From positions 32,001 to 96,000 of the forward strand of contig CAWHBU010000006.1 of assembly GCA_963827685.1 (NCBI GenBank): a stretch of 64,000 nt of DNA, given 5' to 3'. The notes beneath the pieces were generated by a model. It was not told where the DNA came from, searched no databases, and was given only the letters and a program-made list of their open reading frames with translations. This document shows positions 9,301 through 18,814 of this stretch, in pieces. A program made the translations under genes and the position numbers. How positions within the stretch are numbered: position 1 is the stretch's first letter; every line of letters starts with the position of its first letter. This DNA is from an uncultured delta proteobacterium. Its GTDB lineage: Bacteria; Desulfobacterota; BSN033; UBA1163.

Positions 9301-10513
9301 AAATTTTGTTAATTTTCTTCTGTTTCAATAATTCCACCACATCATCGAGAATCAATTGCGACACTTCTTCCTTCCCTATTAAAGGAAGATCTTTTACTTG
9401 ACCGGATGGATATAAGATCCTGACCTGATTGGTATCGGAACCAAAACCAGCTCCTGGTTTGGTCACATCATTCACCACAATCAGATCAAGATTCTTCTCC
9501 TGCAGTTTCTTCTTAGCATTGGCGATCAAATCCTCTGTTTCGGCAGCAAATCCAACAAGAATTCGACTCCCTTTCTTTTTTCCAAGTTCTTCAAGGATGT
9601 CTTTCGTCCTCTCCAGCGCTAAGGTACATTCGGAATCTCCCTTTTTTATTTTTTTCTGACTGACTACCTTAGGACGATAATCTGAGACAGCCGCTGCCTT
9701 GATCACAACGGAAGATCCCTCCAGGTGGGCGAAAACAGCCTTTCTCATCTCCTCTGCTGATTGGACAGGAACCCATTTTATATCAGTCCGCGGGGGAGGA
9801 AGAGAGACCGGGCCAGTGATCAAAATAACCTCTGCGCCTCTACGCTTGGCCATCTTTGCCAGGGCATATCCCATCTTCCCAGAGGAACGATTGGTGATGA
9901 ACCGAACAGGATCAAGTGGCTCTTGAGTCGGCCCCCCTGTGATCAGGATCTGCTCCCCTTTCAAATCTTTTGGGGACAGAAGATCTTCCATTTTCTCCAC
10001 CACCTCATTCAATTCGGGCAGCCTTCCCTTCCCATACCAATGACAAGCCAACTCCCCTTCTCCGGGCTCCATGAGATGGTAGCCCATCTCAAGCAGGGTC
10101 CGAATATTTTTCTGGAGGGCTTTATTTTCCCACATATTGACATTCATTGAGGGAACGAAAAGAACGCGTGCTTTGGTGGCCATCACCATGGTGGAGAGAA
10201 AATCATCAGCAATCCCATTGGCGATCTTTCCAATGATATTCGCCGTCGCGGGAAGGATGACAACCAATTCTGCCAGATCAGCCAATACAATATGACCGAT
10301 TTCTGCACCTTCAAGCAAAGCAAAGGGGTCGGTCACCACCGGATTTCCGGAAAGGGTTTGAAAGGTCAGCGGAGTGATAAATTTCTGGGCGTTTTGTGTC
10401 ATGACTACATGGACATCCACCTCTCCCTTGACTAAAAGCCTGACAAACTCCGCTGCTTTGTAAGCAGCAATCCCCCCCGTAATCCCCAAAACAATCTTTT
10501 TCCCTTTTAGCAT
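9299..10513 (-). CDS. coaBC: Phosphopantothenoylcysteine decarboxylase/ligase
   Basis: GITGGIAAYK, PSMNVNMW, DPVRFITNRSSGKMG, AAVSDY, GFAAET. Start set at MLKGKKIVLG. Confidence 0.96.
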   Translation of the reverse strand: MLKGKKIVLGITGGIAAYKAAEFVRLLVKGEVDVHVVMTQNAQKFITPLTFQTLSGNPVVTDPFALLEGAEIGHIVLADLAELVVILPATANIIGKIANGIADDFLSTMVMATKARVLFVPSMNVNMWENKALQKNIRTLLEMGYHLMEPGEGELACHWYGKGRLPELNEVVEKMEDLLSPKDLKGEQILITGGPTQEPLDPVRFITNRSSGKMGYALAKMAKRRGAEVILITGPVSLPPPRTDIKWVPVQSAEEMRKAVFAHLEGSSVVIKAAAVSDYRPKVVSQKKIKKGDSECTLALERTKDILEELGKKKGSRILVGFAAETEDLIANAKKKLQEKNLDLIVVNDVTKPGAGFGSDTNQVRILYPSGQVKDLPLIGKEEVSQLILDDVVELLKQKKINKI

Positions 10514-10686
10514 GGTTATTCTATACCACAAAAAGAACCGCTTCTCAATAGAGGATTGAAGCTCAAATCCCCTTTTAGAGATCTGGAGAGAATCTTTTCG
10601 TTTAACTTCTACGGGTGGCACATATACAAAAAATATGTTGGTCATTCTACTAATTCGCCTCAAAGGTGCGGTCGTGTAAGCTCATC

Positions 10687-10723
10687 AAGGATTATTGACA
10701 ATATCCTTCTTACCCGTTATGGT
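10687..10723 (+). promoter_or_regulatory. Sigma70 promoter overlapped by a palindromic operator candidate
   Basis: TTGACA-N17-TATGGT. The -35 sits inside AAGGA-T-TATTG-A-CAATA-TCCTT. Confidence 0.55.
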
Positions 10724-10820
10724 TTTTACGCGACAGCAGGATCAAAATCGGCGGAGGGTCGTAGATTCTTCCGGCCATCAGCAGGAATGCTGCAAAATAT
10801 CTAACAGGAAAGGATAAGCC

Positions 10821-12755
10821 ATGAATCTCTTGCCATCTCTTTTTTCCCCTATCAAGATAAAATCGTTGGAGCTTGTCAACCGGGTGGTCATGCCCCCCAT
10901 GGGGACCAATCTCGGGAATCCCGATGGAATGGTGAGCGAAGCTAATCTTGCTTACATAAAGCGCCGGGCCAGGGGAGGGGCCGGCCTGATCATCACCGAG
11001 ATTTCCTCCGTCCACCCCAGCGGGTCAGGCATAGCGAATGAACTGGGAGCCTATGATGACCGGTTTATCCCTGGCCTGAAAAAAATTGCCGACGCGGTGC
11101 ATGCTGCTGGCAGCAAGGTGGCCTTGCAGCTCCATCATGCCGGACGGGAAAGCCTTTATCTTTTGCAGCAAGGGAAAGCGATTGCTCCTTCTGCAATCCC
11201 CTCTTTAATTTTCCGCCTGCCCCCGCGGGAGATCACCCACGACGAGATCCAGGAGATCATCGCCGCTTTCGGCGCTGCCGCCCGCCGCGGAATAGAGGCG
11301 GGCTTTGATGCCGTCGAGGTGCACGGCGCACACGGGTATTTGTTGACCCAGTTCTTATCCTCTTTCTCCAACAAACGTGAGGATGAATACGGGGGCAGTC
11401 TGATCAACCGCAGCCGTTTCATGACAGAAGTGTTGCGAGAGGTCCGCAAAACGGTGGGACCGGATTTTCCCGTCTCACTGCGTCTTTCTGTGGAAGAGTG
11501 CATTAAAGATGGTTACACATTCGAGGATATCCGGCCCATCCTCCCGAATCTGGTTAAAGCCGGAGCCGACATGTTACATGCCTCTCTCGGCACGCACGGA
11601 AGTCCGGGCGGCATTACCAGCGCGCCCCCTGAGTATCCAGCCGGGTTCAATGTCTGGAGGGCCACAAAGTTGAAAGAGGCAGTTGGTCTCCCGGTGATTG
11701 CCGTCGGGCGATTCTCGGATCCTTCCTTGGCAAATGACGTGATTGCCCGTGGGGAAGCAGACCTGGTGGCATTTGGCCGCCAGTTTTTGGCTGATCCCGA
11801 TTTCTTGATCAAAGCAAGAGAGGGGCGTCCCGAAGATATCCGTAAGTGTATCGCATGCAATCAAGGCTGCATCGAACGCCTGATTTTGGGAGAGGGGAAG
11901 ATCCGCTGTGCCCTCAATCCCGAGACCGGACAGGAAATGGTTTATCCACAGGGGCCAGCAACAGTCCGTCGCAAGGTATGGATCGTGGGGGGCGGTCCCG
12001 GCGGCCTCACCGCAGCGTATGAGGCAGCCCGCCTCGGGCATAAGGTCACCCTTTTCGAGAAGGAGGCGGAAACGGGAGGGCAGTTGCGGTTCGCCAGTAA
12101 GTCACCCTTCAAAGACCACTATGGAACGTGGGCCTCCTGGCTTACTTCTCAGGTTAAGAAGATGGGGGTCATCCTGCGCACGGGTACTGAGGTGACGGAA
12201 AGTATGCTTTCCGAGGGGAATCCAGATGCGGTCATTTTGGCCAGCGGAGGGAAACAGATCAAACCCGACATTCCCGGAATCGACCTTCCCCTGGTCTGTA
12301 ATGCCTGGCAGGTTCTGGGCGGAGCGGTCCCTACCGGGAAGCATGCAGTAGTGATTGGCGGCGGGTTGATTGGCATGGAAACAGCCGATTATTTGTGCCA
12401 AAAAGGAACGCAGGTCACTCTGGTCGAGGTTCTGAAACGTTCGCCGGTTCTCAAAATCACTTCCCACGGTTACATGTTACACACCCGACTCAAAGAAGCC
12501 GGATGCCGGCTGCTTTTCAACACCACCTTGACGAAAATCGAAGAATCCTCTGTGACCGCCCTGATTGAGGGGAGAGAACAAATCCTCTCCCCGGTCGATC
12601 AAGTCGTTATAGCGGTTGGACTCAAGCCCCACGATGGACTGAAGGAGTTTTTACAGGCCAGAAAGATCCGTCACTTTATCATCGGTGACGCCCTTGAGCC
12701 CCGCAGAATTCTCGAGGCCAACGAAGAGGGAGCCCGGGCCGCCTGGAATCTCTAA
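10821..12755 (+). CDS. Old yellow enzyme family NADH:flavin oxidoreductase (FMN/FAD/4Fe-4S; FadH/BaiCD-like)
   Basis: NRVVMPPM, HGAHGYLL, CIACNQGC-x11-C and two GxGxxG motifs. Confidence 0.92.
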   Translation: MNLLPSLFSPIKIKSLELVNRVVMPPMGTNLGNPDGMVSEANLAYIKRRARGGAGLIITEISSVHPSGSGIANELGAYDDRFIPGLKKIADAVHAAGSKVALQLHHAGRESLYLLQQGKAIAPSAIPSLIFRLPPREITHDEIQEIIAAFGAAARRGIEAGFDAVEVHGAHGYLLTQFLSSFSNKREDEYGGSLINRSRFMTEVLREVRKTVGPDFPVSLRLSVEECIKDGYTFEDIRPILPNLVKAGADMLHASLGTHGSPGGITSAPPEYPAGFNVWRATKLKEAVGLPVIAVGRFSDPSLANDVIARGEADLVAFGRQFLADPDFLIKAREGRPEDIRKCIACNQGCIERLILGEGKIRCALNPETGQEMVYPQGPATVRRKVWIVGGGPGGLTAAYEAARLGHKVTLFEKEAETGGQLRFASKSPFKDHYGTWASWLTSQVKKMGVILRTGTEVTESMLSEGNPDAVILASGGKQIKPDIPGIDLPLVCNAWQVLGGAVPTGKHAVVIGGGLIGMETADYLCQKGTQVTLVEVLKRSPVLKITSHGYMLHTRLKEAGCRLLFNTTLTKIEESSVTALIEGREQILSPVDQVVIAVGLKPHDGLKEFLQARKIRHFIIGDALEPRRILEANEEGARAAWNL

Positions 12756-12948
12756 CACGATAGGGATGCGAAAACTAAGAGAGTGCCTGAATAATACAGC
12801 GAAGAGGGTGAATTCGACTAAGATGCCCAAGATAGATGAGTCGTATCAAAGCATACCGCGTACCGCAAAGAAAACCACGCAATGTTTTCCGGGAGATTAC
12901 CTCGAGCAATTTCTGAAATAAAATCGATTTCTCACAACAGGAGATTTT

Positions 12949-13725
12949 ATGAAGATTCAGGATAAGGTTGTCGTAGTCACTGGCGGCGCCTCCGGCATCG
13001 GGCGCGGATTGTGCCGCCGGTTCGCCGCCGAGGGGCCAAAGGGTATTGTGGTGTCCGACACCGATGGAGAAGGGGCGGCGAAGGTGGCCAAGGAGATCGG
13101 TGGCCTTGCCGTGACGGCGGATGTCGGCAAAGAGGCAGACGTCCAAAAACTGGTGGAGATTACTACCAGTCACTATGGTCCAATCGATTTATTCTGCTCG
13201 AATGCGGGGATCTCTGCACGAGGCGGTGCCGAGGCTCCGGATTCGGTTTGGCAGCGTTGCTGGGATGTCCATGTCATGGCCCATGTGTATGCCGCCCGCG
13301 CCGTTCTGCCGTCCATGATTGAGCGCGGCGGCGGGTACCTGCTCCAGACGGGTTCAGCCGGGGGGTTGCTTACGACCCTTGGTGCAGCGCCTTATGCGGT
13401 CAGCAAGCACGCCTCTGTGGCCTTTGCGGAATGGCTTTCGATCACCCATGCCCGCCATGGCATCAAAGTCAGTTGTCTCTGCCCTTTTGGAGTAAGGACC
13501 GGAATGCTTTCTGAGGAAACGGAGGGCATCGGGAAGCTGATCATCCAAACCGCCCTCTCTCCGGAGGAAGTTGCGGAACATGTTGTCGCCGCCCTGGAAA
13601 GGGAGGAGTTTCTTATTCTTCCGCATCCACAAATTTTAGATTATTTCAAGAATAAGGCCAACAATTACGAACGCTGGCTGCGTCACATGCGCCGGGAACA
13701 GGAACAGTATGTCACACCTCGATGA
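12949..13725 (+). CDS. Short-chain dehydrogenase/reductase
   Basis: TGGASGIG, NAG, YAVSK. Confidence 0.92.
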   Translation: MKIQDKVVVVTGGASGIGRGLCRRFAAEGPKGIVVSDTDGEGAAKVAKEIGGLAVTADVGKEADVQKLVEITTSHYGPIDLFCSNAGISARGGAEAPDSVWQRCWDVHVMAHVYAARAVLPSMIERGGGYLLQTGSAGGLLTTLGAAPYAVSKHASVAFAEWLSITHARHGIKVSCLCPFGVRTGMLSEETEGIGKLIIQTALSPEEVAEHVVAALEREEFLILPHPQILDYFKNKANNYERWLRHMRREQEQYVTPR

Positions 13726-13750
13726 AAGGCGTGCGCGGGAGGTTAACGAA

Positions 13751-14548
13751 ATGACTTTTGAAACGATTTTGTATGACGTCACGAATGAGGTTGCCACGGT
13801 TACCCTCAACCGTCCGTCCAAGCTCAACGCTTATACGCCCAAGATGGGTAACGAGTTGATGGATGCCCTCAGCCTGGCAGATGAAGACCCGGGCGTGCGG
13901 GTGGTCATATTGACGGGCGCCGGTCGAGCTTTCTGTGCAGGGGCCGATATCGGAAGCTTTGCTGAGGACATCGATACCCGTGCGGCCGGAGGAACCGGAC
14001 AGCACAGCAACCAACGAATAAGACACTATCCCAGCCTGATGCAGAGATATTCCAAACCCACCATTGCTGCGATCAACGGATACTCCCTCGGGATCGGATG
14101 TACCATCACGTTTTCCTGGGACATACGCATCATTGCTGAAGGAGCGAAAATGGGGGTGACTTTTCCACGTGTCGGGCTGATGATGGAGCTTGGATCGACC
14201 TATCTACTGCCCCGGTTGATCGGGGCATCAAACGCCGCAGAGATGATGTTAACGGGACGGCAATTTACTGCCGAAGAATGCTATCGTAAAGGACTGGTGA
14301 GTTACGTCGTCCCGGGGGATAAACTGATGGACAAAGCACGAGAGATTGCTGGGGAAATACTCCTGTGCTCGCCTACCTCGCTGGCCCACATTCGGCAGGC
14401 GCTGTATGACGGTATGAGAGGATCACTCGAGAATGCCTGCAGCTTCGAGATCCTGGCGATGGAGCGTTGTTACTTGAGCCCCGAGCACAAGGAATACGTC
14501 TCGGCGTTCATGGAAAAGCGAAAGCCCGATTTTCGCCGGGTGAAATAA
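13751..14548 (+). CDS. Crotonase-family enoyl-CoA hydratase/isomerase (PaaG-like active site)
   Basis: LNRPSKLNA, AFCAGAD. GGAGG RBS precedes ATG13751. Confidence 0.88.
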   Translation: MTFETILYDVTNEVATVTLNRPSKLNAYTPKMGNELMDALSLADEDPGVRVVILTGAGRAFCAGADIGSFAEDIDTRAAGGTGQHSNQRIRHYPSLMQRYSKPTIAAINGYSLGIGCTITFSWDIRIIAEGAKMGVTFPRVGLMMELGSTYLLPRLIGASNAAEMMLTGRQFTAEECYRKGLVSYVVPGDKLMDKAREIAGEILLCSPTSLAHIRQALYDGMRGSLENACSFEILAMERCYLSPEHKEYVSAFMEKRKPDFRRVK

Positions 14549-14697
14549 AGTCCGCAGCCCCAACGTAGACTTACCGAAACCCACGGAAAGGCTGCCTCAT
14601 GCGGCGCTTGTTTTCCTTCATCTGCTGAAAGGTTCTTTTCCTTACTCTGCATTTGCTGAGTCGCTCATAAAGAGCATGCGGGCAAAGGGGTACTTCA

Positions 14698-16197
14698 ATG
14701 AATATTGCCGAATTAGCGTTGAAAAGTCTTGAACTCGGCGAGCATGTCAGCATCATTTTTGAAGGGTGGGAAATCACCAATTATCAGATGAACCGTGCCG
14801 CCAACAAGCTGGGTAATGCCCTCAAGAATCTGGGCGTTCAGCGGGGAGACCGGATTATTCTGCAGATACCGAACTGCCCGGAAGTCCTGCAGAGTTTTCA
14901 GGCCATCTGGAGGATCGGCGCCATCGTCGTTCCCATCAATTACCAGGTCGGTCAGGAAGAAATCAATTTCATCTATCAGGACTCCGGAGCGACCACGGTC
15001 ATTACATCCCCTGAATTTTACGAGAAGGTCAAGATAGCGCGATCCAAAGTAGAGGGGTTCAAAAATATCATTATCGTCGGTTCCGAAGCGCCCGCCGGCG
15101 CCTGTCTGTTTCAGAAGCTTGTGAATGACGGTTCGGATGAATTGGAGATGGTGAAGACTGCCGACGATGACGTCGCTGTCCTCATCTATACCTCTGGAAC
15201 GACGGGAACACCGAAAGGCGTCATGCTGACCCATGCCGGGCTCCGCTTCAGCGCCATAACACAGCAGGAAACGACCAACCTTCCCCAAGATCTGGTAACC
15301 ATCGCCGTTCTTCCGCTTTGCCATTCTTTCGGCATCGCCATGATGAACGGGGCTTTTCTCCGGCTTCGGGGGAAGGTGGTGCTCATGCGGCAGTTCAAGC
15401 TGGAACAGTTCTTTGAAAATATTCAAAAGTATAAAGTCCAGAGCGTGCCCGCCGTTCCGACCATGTATGTCTATATGGTGACGTACCCGGATGCCAAAAA
15501 ATATGATGTGAGTTCCGTGAAAATGTGGCTGAGCGGTTCCGCCCCTCTGTCGCTGGACACAAGGCGACAGTTCAAGGAAAAATTCGGGGGTGAAATCGCC
15601 GAAGGTTGGGGGCTGACCGAAACGGGAGCCAACAATACCGGCAATGTTCACGTCCCCAACAGGCCGGGGTCCATCGGTAAGCCCATGAAGGGGATGGAGA
15701 TGAAGATCTTTGACGACAACGATCAGGAAGTCCCGCAGGGCCGGGAAGGGGAAATCGTTATCCGGGGGCCGATGGTGATGAGAGGCTATTGGAACCTTCC
15801 CGAGGCGACGGCCGAAGTCATCCGAAACGGCTGGCTGCATACGGGCGATATCGGCTACGTCGATCAGGATGGCTATTACTTCATCACGGACCGGAAAAAG
15901 GACATCATTATCAAGAGTGGAGAGAATATATCGCCTCGAGCCATCGAGGAAGTCCTCTACAGCCATCCCAGTGTCGCTGAGGCGGCCGTTATCGGGATGA
16001 AAGATCCGGTCTATGGCGAAGATATCAAGGCCTTTGTGACGTTGAAACCCGGAACTGTTGCGACACCCGAAGAACTCGAGGAGTTCTGCCAGGGCAAGCT
16101 CAAGAGATTTTTTGTTCCCAAGGAAATTGTCATTCTTCAAGCCATGCCTAAAACACTGGTCGGTAAGATTCTGAAGAAGGAATTGCGAAAGGTTTAA
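14698..16197 (+). CDS. Acyl-CoA synthetase (long-chain fatty acid-CoA ligase family)
   Basis: YTSGTTGTPKG, GWGLTE, WLHTGDIG, PKTLVGKILK. Confidence 0.92.
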   Translation: MNIAELALKSLELGEHVSIIFEGWEITNYQMNRAANKLGNALKNLGVQRGDRIILQIPNCPEVLQSFQAIWRIGAIVVPINYQVGQEEINFIYQDSGATTVITSPEFYEKVKIARSKVEGFKNIIIVGSEAPAGACLFQKLVNDGSDELEMVKTADDDVAVLIYTSGTTGTPKGVMLTHAGLRFSAITQQETTNLPQDLVTIAVLPLCHSFGIAMMNGAFLRLRGKVVLMRQFKLEQFFENIQKYKVQSVPAVPTMYVYMVTYPDAKKYDVSSVKMWLSGSAPLSLDTRRQFKEKFGGEIAEGWGLTETGANNTGNVHVPNRPGSIGKPMKGMEMKIFDDNDQEVPQGREGEIVIRGPMVMRGYWNLPEATAEVIRNGWLHTGDIGYVDQDGYYFITDRKKDIIIKSGENISPRAIEEVLYSHPSVAEAAVIGMKDPVYGEDIKAFVTLKPGTVATPEELEEFCQGKLKRFFVPKEIVILQAMPKTLVGKILKKELRKV

Positions 16198-16252
16198 TCG
16201 AAGGACGACAACACGGGAATCTTTCTACAACGGTTTGGTTCTTGTATAGTCT

Positions 16253-16366
16253 CGTATCTTCACAATGAAAGAGCTTATCCGCAGAGGAGGAAAATACGGC
16301 TTCTTCAGTTCCTGCTGCGGCGGCGGACTCGGCGTGGCCACGGTTATCGAGAATCTTCAGTGTTAA
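16253..16366 (+). pseudogene. C-terminal remnant of a thiolase
   Basis: RIFTMKELIRRGGKYGFFSSCCGGGLGVATVIENLQC* matches the thiolase C-terminal CxGGGxG motif. No upstream body. Confidence 0.75.
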
Positions 16367-16556
16367 AGCTGAAGCCGGTCGGGAAAAACTGCCGGATAAA
16401 CCGCGTCGAAGAATTGTTTATTATGATCATCTTTTTCGCTTGCGCCTTCGCATGGATCGCGGGCGCAAGAGGTCTTTATATTCTCAAGGAAGATGCACCC
16501 CGTGAACGCTCAGGTATTGTTCATGGGGTGTTCGTATGATATAAAAGGAGCTTATC

Positions 16557-16637
16557 ATGAAAACTCTGCAGCACCTGTTGGAGCCGATAAAAATCGGCCC
16601 CCTCCAACTTGTCCTAACCTATTTGAAGACAGCATAA
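16557..16637 (+). pseudogene. N-terminal remnant of an OYE-family oxidoreductase
   Basis: AAGGAG RBS plus MKTLQHLLEPIKIGPLQL, similar to the start of 10821 (LFSPIKIKSLEL). Stops after 26 codons. Confidence 0.6.
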
Positions 16638-16657
16638 GAATATCAAAGGGGTAGATT

Positions 16658-17449
16658 ATGAACTATGAATTTATAAAGGTAGAAAAAAAGGGTCACGTGA
16701 CTACGGTGACGATCAATCGTCCTAATGTCATGAATTCCATCAGTCCATTGGTCAGTGTGGAAATGGACCATGTTTTCAATGATTTCGATGCCGACCCGCA
16801 ACAGTGGATATGCATCATTACGGGCGCGGGAGAGAAGGCTTTTTCGGCGGGCAACGACTTGAAATTTCAAGCGCAGAATGGCGCGGACAAGATACGGGAA
16901 ATCATGAAAGGCGTGAAAGGCGGCTTTGCCGGATTGACATCACGCTTTGATTGTTATAAACCTTTCATCGCGGCCGTCAATGGACTGGCTCTGGGGGGCG
17001 GGTTTGAAATTGCCCTTGCTTGCGATATCATTGTCGCTTCCGAAAACGCCAGTTTTGGATTGCCCGAACCGCGCGTCGGATTGATCCCCGGTTCGGGTGG
17101 TGTGCATCGCCTCCCCAGGCAGATTCCTTATCATATGGCCCAGTATATGATCATGACCTCCAAACGCATCACACCGCAGCAGGCCGTGCAGTATGGGCTT
17201 GTCGCGGAAGTTGTTCCTCTCTCGGAGCTGATTCCAACTGCGGAGAAGATCGCGGCGGAAATTCTCCTCGCGGCCCCTTTGTGTATTCGGGCGGCCAAGG
17301 AAGCAACTGTGAAAGGGTTGAACGTTACCCTGCAGGAGGCGGTAAACACTCAGTACCCGGGGCAGCTTGTCATGCGTCAATCCGAAGATTTTATTGAAGG
17401 GCCCAAGGCGTTCGCTGAAAAAAGGCCGCCCAATTGGAAGGGCAAATGA
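16658..17449 (+). CDS. Enoyl-CoA hydratase (CaiD-like)
   Basis: AFSAGNDLK, GGGFEIALACD, LPEPRVGL. Both catalytic Glu present. Confidence 0.92.
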   Translation: MNYEFIKVEKKGHVTTVTINRPNVMNSISPLVSVEMDHVFNDFDADPQQWICIITGAGEKAFSAGNDLKFQAQNGADKIREIMKGVKGGFAGLTSRFDCYKPFIAAVNGLALGGGFEIALACDIIVASENASFGLPEPRVGLIPGSGGVHRLPRQIPYHMAQYMIMTSKRITPQQAVQYGLVAEVVPLSELIPTAEKIAAEILLAAPLCIRAAKEATVKGLNVTLQEAVNTQYPGQLVMRQSEDFIEGPKAFAEKRPPNWKGK

Positions 17450-17553
17450 ATTGCCTATTGATTTTTATCTTAATCAACTGAAAAGGAGAAATTCCGCAGG
17501 ACCACTTGATTCTCGGCAATATCTACTTCTCCGAACCGGATTTCCCCAATAAG

Positions 17554-17568
17554 TGGTATGGCAAGTGC
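17554..17568 (+). promoter_or_regulatory. Possible sigma54 -24/-12 promoter
   Basis: TGGTATGGCAAGTGC has the correct GG-N10-GC spacing but is an imperfect consensus match. Confidence 0.3.
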
Positions 17569-17733
17569 GCCGGTTGGGGCCAGGTTGTTGCCATTCCCAG
17601 GGCCTTGTGCACCCCGTCGGTCATTAACGGGAGAAAGTAACGGGGAGAAAGTGATGATGGGGCTTCCCCGGTCGCGTTGGAAGAAGGGCGGCCTCGAATT
17701 TGAAATTACTTGGGTGAGGAAGGACTTTGTGAG

Positions 17734-18741
17734 ATGAAAGCAGCTGTGATGCATGGAGCGAGGGACATCAGAACAGAAATTGTGCCCGATCCGGTTCTCG
17801 AACCGCATGGGGTGATTATCAAGGTGAAGGCGTGCGGCGTGTGCGGTTCGGATCTGCACGTTTATAAACGCGACGAACAAGGGACCATCTTTGGACATGA
17901 ATTCAGCGGCGATGTGGTGGAAGTCGGATCTCAGGTTACGGGTATCGCGCCGGGCATGCGCGTGACCGCCGTAGGCTTCAAACCTTGCGGTAAATGCTTC
18001 TGGTGTGCACAGGGGAAGGGGCATCGCTGCTCGGATATGGCACTTCTCGGGTATAAATTTCCCGGTGCGATGGCAGAATATGTCCATATCCCCTACGCCG
18101 TCCCGGGGCGGACCGTTTTCCCGCTCCCCGCTGAATTAACCTACGAGGATGCGGCTTCGGTGGAGCCACTTTCCATTTCCTATTTCTCCGTCAACCGGGC
18201 TCAGCCCAAGGAAAATGAAACCATCGCCGTCCTGGGCCTGGGTGTGATCGGCCTGTATGCCGTTCAGGTTCTGAAGACCATGGGTGTTTCGAAGATTGTG
18301 GCCAGCGGCCACAGGCCTGCCCGCCTGGGAGCGGCCAAGATATGCGGCGCCGATATCGTGATTGATGCGGCGAAAGAGGACGCCATCGTGGCGGCCATGG
18401 CAGCGACAGACAAGATGGGTGTCAATACGGTCATTGAGTGCGCCGGTATGCAGGCGACCTTCGATCAATCCATCGCCATGGCCCGCGGGGGCGGGAAGAT
18501 CATACTGGTTGGAGTGTACGAGCAACCCCTTACCTGGAATCCCCTGCCTGTGATCTCCAAGAACCTCTCTCTGATCGGTTGTCTGGGCGGCAATTTCCCT
18601 GCGTGCATTGAACTCCTTAGGAGCGGGAAGGTCGACGCCAAGCCCATGATCACACACAGGTTCCCTCTGGACCAGGCCGCCGAGGCGTTCAGGACGCAAC
18701 TTCAGGATCCAGGCGCCATCAAAGTGTTGATCGTGCCTTGA
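17734..18741 (+). CDS. Zinc-dependent alcohol dehydrogenase (MDR)
   Basis: CGSDLH, GHEFSG, CGKCFWC..C, GLGVIG. Confidence 0.92.
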   Translation: MKAAVMHGARDIRTEIVPDPVLEPHGVIIKVKACGVCGSDLHVYKRDEQGTIFGHEFSGDVVEVGSQVTGIAPGMRVTAVGFKPCGKCFWCAQGKGHRCSDMALLGYKFPGAMAEYVHIPYAVPGRTVFPLPAELTYEDAASVEPLSISYFSVNRAQPKENETIAVLGLGVIGLYAVQVLKTMGVSKIVASGHRPARLGAAKICGADIVIDAAKEDAIVAAMAATDKMGVNTVIECAGMQATFDQSIAMARGGGKIILVGVYEQPLTWNPLPVISKNLSLIGCLGGNFPACIELLRSGKVDAKPMITHRFPLDQAAEAFRTQLQDPGAIKVLIVP

Positions 18742-18814
18742 GAGGGAAATTGGGTTTAGAGTTGATAGCCGGAAAACAGGCTTACATCCAAGAGATCGTT
18801 CTTAAAGAGAAGAA

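Noticed and set aside
10514-10663. N-terminal extension of coaBC in the ORF track; likewise extensions starting at 33844, 38139 and 50554
   Set aside because: Family homology begins at the downstream ATG, which for the last three also has a clear RBS. The 38139 extension is translated repeat DNA.
14713-16140. 475-aa antisense ORF, and similar ones at 19733-20563, 21891-22874 and 45672-46664
   Set aside because: These are mirror frames of well-supported genes with no recognisable motifs, as expected from codon bias.
17626-17652. Tandem duplication AACGGGAGAAAGT / AACGGGGAGAAAGT
   Set aside because: Only two copies, most simply a local slippage duplication.
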